Virus genome (UHGV): UHGV-1354231
DNA length: 39,909 bases
Source: a virus
Direction: 5' to 3' (one strand)
This document shows, in pieces, positions 36,294-39,909 of this stretch (the first letter of the stretch is position 1; every line of letters starts with the position of its first letter). A program made the position numbers and the translations under genes. Under the pieces are notes generated by a model. That model ran no database searches. It saw nothing but the letters and a program-made list of their open reading frames with translations, and was not told the DNA's origin.

Positions 36294-37973
36294 ATGGCGG
36301 AAACAACTAAAGAGCGATTGAACAAACAGTTCGCACAACTTGAAAGCGAGCGTCAGTCGTTCGAGCCGCACTGGCGCGAGTTGAGTGATTACATCAACCC
36401 GCGTGGTTCCCGCTTTCTGACTTCTGAGGTCAACCGTAACGATCGACGCAATACACGCATTATTGATTCGACCGGGACTATGGCGGCGCGCACTCTCGCC
36501 AGCGGCATGATGTCAGGCATCACAAGCCCCGCGCGTCCGTGGTTTCGCCTGGCTACGCCAGATCCTGAAATGATGGATTATGGCCCTGTTAAGTTGTGGC
36601 TTGAGGCCGTGCAGAACCGCATGAACGATATGTTCAATAAGTCGAATCTCTATCAGTCGCTGCCGCAGTTATATGGAAGCCTCGGCACATACAGCACCGG
36701 TGCAATGGCGGTACTGGAGGATGATGAGGACATCATTCGCACAATGCCATTCCCGATAGGCAGTTACTACCTAGCTAACTCACCTCGTGGCAGTGTGGAC
36801 ACCTGTTTTCGCAAGTTCTCTATGACTGTTCGTCAGCTTGTTCAGGAGTTCGGGCTAAATAACGTCAGCGAATCCGTAAAAAGCATGTGGGAAAGCGGCA
36901 CCTACGAGAAGTGGATTGAAGTGATGCATTCGGTTTACCCGAACATTGACCGCGATACATCGAAGCTGGATAGCAAGAACAAGCCATTCAAATCGGTTTA
37001 TTACGAGGTTGGTGGCGATAACGACAAGTTGTTGCGTGAGTCCGGATTCGATGAGTTTCCAATTATGGCTCCGCGCTGGGAAGTTAACGGCGAAGATGTT
37101 TATGGATCATCATGCCCGGGTATGCTGGCGCTTGGACCTGTTAAGGCATTGCAGCTTCTCCAGAAGCGCAAGTCGCAGTTGATTGATAAAGCCACCAATC
37201 CGCCGATGATTGCTCCGACTTCCCTCAAGAATCAGCGTGCCTCCCTTCTTCCTGGCGACATCACGTATATCGATCAGATTACTGGTCAGGATAGTTTCAG
37301 GCCTGCTTATCTGGTTAACCCCAGTACAGCAGATTTGGTGGCAGACATTCAGGACACTCGTCAAATCATTAACAGCGCCTACTTTGTCGATCTGTTCATG
37401 ATGTTGCAGAACATCAATACCCGCTCGATGCCTGTTGAAGCGGTGATCGAAATGAAAGAAGAAAAACTTCTGATGTTGGGGCCGGTTCTGGAGCGTCTGA
37501 ACGACGAATGTCTTAATCCTCTCATTGACCGCGCTTTCTCGATGATGGTGCGTAAAAACATGCTGCCGCCACCACCTGACGCGATGGAAGGTATGCCCCT
37601 GAAGGTCGAATACATTTCCGTCATGGCTCAGGCGCAGAAGTCTATCGGCCTGTCCAGTCTGGCATCCACGGTCAACTTCATTGGTCAACTTGCGCAAGCG
37701 AAACCAGAAGCTCTCGACAAACTCAACGTTGATCAGGCGATCGATGCATTCGCTGATATGTCCGGAGTGTCTCCAACCGTCATTGTTCCGCAGGAACAGG
37801 TTGAGCAGGCTCGCCAGCAACGGGCACAGCAACAACAGCAGCAACAAATGATGGCGATGGGGATGGCGGCGGCACAGGGTGCCAAGACGCTAAGCGAAGC
37901 TAAAACTTCGGATCCGAGTGTTTTGTCAGCTATGGCGAATGCATTTAGTGGTCAGGGTGGGCAATCACAATGA
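36294..37973 (+). CDS. Portal / head-tail connector protein (podovirus T7-type)
   Basis: 559 aa; Gln-rich C-terminus QQQQQQQMMAMGMAAAQGA resembles the T7 gp8 C-terminus as recalled; followed by scaffold and capsid genes. Confidence 0.75.
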   Translation: MAETTKERLNKQFAQLESERQSFEPHWRELSDYINPRGSRFLTSEVNRNDRRNTRIIDSTGTMAARTLASGMMSGITSPARPWFRLATPDPEMMDYGPVKLWLEAVQNRMNDMFNKSNLYQSLPQLYGSLGTYSTGAMAVLEDDEDIIRTMPFPIGSYYLANSPRGSVDTCFRKFSMTVRQLVQEFGLNNVSESVKSMWESGTYEKWIEVMHSVYPNIDRDTSKLDSKNKPFKSVYYEVGGDNDKLLRESGFDEFPIMAPRWEVNGEDVYGSSCPGMLALGPVKALQLLQKRKSQLIDKATNPPMIAPTSLKNQRASLLPGDITYIDQITGQDSFRPAYLVNPSTADLVADIQDTRQIINSAYFVDLFMMLQNINTRSMPVEAVIEMKEEKLLMLGPVLERLNDECLNPLIDRAFSMMVRKNMLPPPPDAMEGMPLKVEYISVMAQAQKSIGLSSLASTVNFIGQLAQAKPEALDKLNVDQAIDAFADMSGVSPTVIVPQEQVEQARQQRAQQQQQQQMMAMGMAAAQGAKTLSEAKTSDPSVLSAMANAFSGQGGQSQ

Positions 37974-38266
37974 CAGATTACGAAGACGATCAACTGAAAG
38001 AAGAAAACGCCCGTAAGCAACGTGACATGGCACAGCGTGAAATTGATGACATTCGCTTTGTCATGAGCAGTGAACAGGGGCGTCGCGTTGTCTGGTCGGT
38101 GCTGGAGAAAGGCCGGGTGTTTTCCGCTATCTCTCCGATGGATGCTATGGCAATGGCATTTAATGAGGGGCAACGCAATCTGGCGCTGGAACTGTTTCAG
38201 CGCGTTATGGCGCATTGCCCTGAACAGTATTTGAAGATGGCCAAAGAGGCCAGTGAACAGGAGTGA
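37970..38266 (+). CDS. Hypothetical 98-aa head-module protein
   Basis: ATGA overlap with the portal stop. Confidence 0.45.
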   Translation: MTDYEDDQLKEENARKQRDMAQREIDDIRFVMSSEQGRRVVWSVLEKGRVFSAISPMDAMAMAFNEGQRNLALELFQRVMAHCPEQYLKMAKEASEQE

Positions 38267-38964
38267 TCATGAATTTATTTGAGCGTTTGCTGTATCGCCG
38301 TCTTTGCAATGAGCAACCAGTTGATGGCGGAGCAGCTCCGGCTGCGTCAGAACCGTCAGCGCCTGCAGGTGATAACCCTGCTCCAGTTGGTGATCCATCA
38401 CAACTGGAAGGTGATAAGCCACAACCTGTTGCTGATGGCGATAAACCTGCTGATGACAAAAAGCCTGAAAACGATAAGCAGGATGAAAAAAAGGACGGCG
38501 ATAAACCAGAGGGGGCGCCTGAGAAGTACGAGTTTCAGGCTGCCGAAGGCGTAGAGCTGGATACAGAAGCGTTGAAGGAATTCGAGCCGGTGGCGCGAGA
38601 ACTTAACCTGACCAACGAGCAAGCGCAAAAGCTGGTTGATGCTTATCCGAAGATTCTGGCAGGTGTTCAGCAGCGCCAGGCAGAAGCCTGGCAGAAAACA
38701 ACCGAGCAGTGGGCTGCGGATGTAAAAGCTGACAAAGAAATCGGTGGCGACAAGTTGATTTCTAACCTTAGCGCCGCACAGCGTGCGCTTGACCAGTTCG
38801 GGACACCTGAACTCAAAGAATATCTGAACACCACCGGACTGGGTAATCACCCTGATCTGGTCAAAACGTTCGTGAAAATCGGAAAGGCGATGTCTGAAGA
38901 TGGCATGGTCACCGGTGGTAATGAAGGCCAGCGTAGTGCGGCCGAAGTGCTCTATGGCAAATAA
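38263..38964 (+). CDS. Putative scaffolding protein (acidic, Pro/Asp/Lys-rich N-terminal half); likely start at ATG 38269
   Basis: Position between portal and major capsid; AGGAG SD upstream. Confidence 0.5.
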   Translation: MIMNLFERLLYRRLCNEQPVDGGAAPAASEPSAPAGDNPAPVGDPSQLEGDKPQPVADGDKPADDKKPENDKQDEKKDGDKPEGAPEKYEFQAAEGVELDTEALKEFEPVARELNLTNEQAQKLVDAYPKILAGVQQRQAEAWQKTTEQWAADVKADKEIGGDKLISNLSAAQRALDQFGTPELKEYLNTTGLGNHPDLVKTFVKIGKAMSEDGMVTGGNEGQRSAAEVLYGK

Positions 38965-38978
38965 GAGAGGAAATGACA

Positions 38979-39909
38979 ATGGCTGTTAAAGGCTTAACTG
39001 CGCTAACGCTGGCTGACTGGGGTAAGCGCGTCGATCCAAACGGGAAAGTCGATAAGATTATCGAGCTTCTCGGTCAAACTAACCCGATCCTTCAGGATAT
39101 GCCTTTTGTCGAAGGGAACCTTCCTACCGGACACCGAACCACCATTCGTTCTGGTTTACCTTCAGCTACCTGGCGTTTGCTGAACTATGGCGTACAGCCA
39201 AGCAAATCAACCACAGTGCAGGTCACCGATTACGTTGGCATGCTGGAAACCTATGCTGAAGTCGATAAGTCACTGGCTGATCTGAACGGCAATACCGCCG
39301 AATTCCGCCTGTCTGAAGACCGAGCATTTATTGAAGCGATGAATCAGCAGATGGCGCAGACGCTGTTTTATGGTGATTCCAGCGTTAACCCTCAGCAGTT
39401 TATGGGACTGTCCTCCCGCTATTCCAGCCTGTCTGCGGGTAATGCTCAGAACATCATTGATGCTGGTGGCACGGGTACAGATAACACCTCAATCTGGTTA
39501 GTGGTGTGGGGCGAAAACACCGTGCATGGCATCTTCCCGAAAGGGCAGAAGGCTGGCATCCAAATGGAAGATAAAGGCCAGGTGACACTGGAAGATGCTA
39601 ATGGCGGCAAGTACGAAGGCTATCGCACCCATTACAAATGGGATAACGGACTTGCTCTACGTGACTGGCGTTATGTTGTTCGCATTGCAAACATCGATGT
39701 CAGCAATCTTTCAGAACCTTCCTCTGCCGCAAATATTGCGAAGTTGATGGTTAAAGCACTGCATCGCATTCCAAATCGTGGCATGGGTCGCCCGGTGTTC
39801 TACATGAACCGCACTGTAGGCCAGGCTCTTGATCTGCAATCTCTGGAGAAAACATCTCTGGCGATCAGCGTAAAAGAGACAGAAGGCGAGTGGTGGACTT
39901 CATTCCGTG
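38979..39909 (+). CDS. Major capsid protein, 3' end cut off by the window edge
   Basis: ATG at 38979 with GAGAGG SD; frame open to window end (~310 codons); position after scaffold. Confidence 0.65.
   Translation, partial: MAVKGLTALTLADWGKRVDPNGKVDKIIELLGQTNPILQDMPFVEGNLPTGHRTTIRSGLPSATWRLLNYGVQPSKSTTVQVTDYVGMLETYAEVDKSLADLNGNTAEFRLSEDRAFIEAMNQQMAQTLFYGDSSVNPQQFMGLSSRYSSLSAGNAQNIIDAGGTGTDNTSIWLVVWGENTVHGIFPKGQKAGIQMEDKGQVTLEDANGGKYEGYRTHYKWDNGLALRDWRYVVRIANIDVSNLSEPSSAANIAKLMVKALHRIPNRGMGRPVFYMNRTVGQALDLQSLEKTSLAISVKETEGEWWTSFR

Noticed and set aside
37110-37847. 245-aa minus-strand ORF inside the portal gene
   Set aside because: Antisense to the portal ORF; low-complexity Leu/Arg-rich translation; no SD.

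Overview
The window is almost entirely temperate-phage DNA, arranged in four blocks. (1) 129-20904, + strand: a siphovirus structural module with a P27-type small terminase, HK97-type large terminase, portal, prohead protease and major capsid, followed by a lambda-like tail (major tail protein, G/T chaperones with a -1 frameshift site, tape measure, M, L, K, I, J, Lom, side tail fiber) and several hairpin+T-run terminators. (2) 21145-21397: an attP-like site whose core is the 3' ~62 nt of a tRNA-Ser(CGA), flanked by five copies of a CTTGGAATATT arm-type repeat. (3) 21371-32733: a Rac-like early region with lambda-type integrase, excisionase, an 808-aa RecE-like exonuclease, a LexA-like CI repressor with divergent Cro-like and YdaT-like genes, a YdaU-like replication initiator carrying internal GTCACG iterons, and Ea22-like/DUF551/ASCH accessory genes. 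(4) 32852-39909: a second packaging and head module (TerS, TerL, T7-type portal, scaffold, partial major capsid) interrupted by a minus-strand tRNA-Arg(UCU) plus unknown-gene moron. I could not recognise any canonical multi-gene defence system (RM, CRISPR, CBASS, retron, large ATPase/nuclease pairs). The unusual signals are structural: the window opens inside a 145-bp duplicate of the gpM gene fused in frame to the small terminase; a P-core-P' att junction sits in the middle of the array; two genes look frame-disrupted at homopolymer tracts; and GTGACATGTCAC palindromes flank the second terminase pair. No lysis cassette is visible. All protein calls rest on reading the supplied translations and recalled family features, not on database searches; coordinates of hand-called small features are approximate (+/-2 bp).
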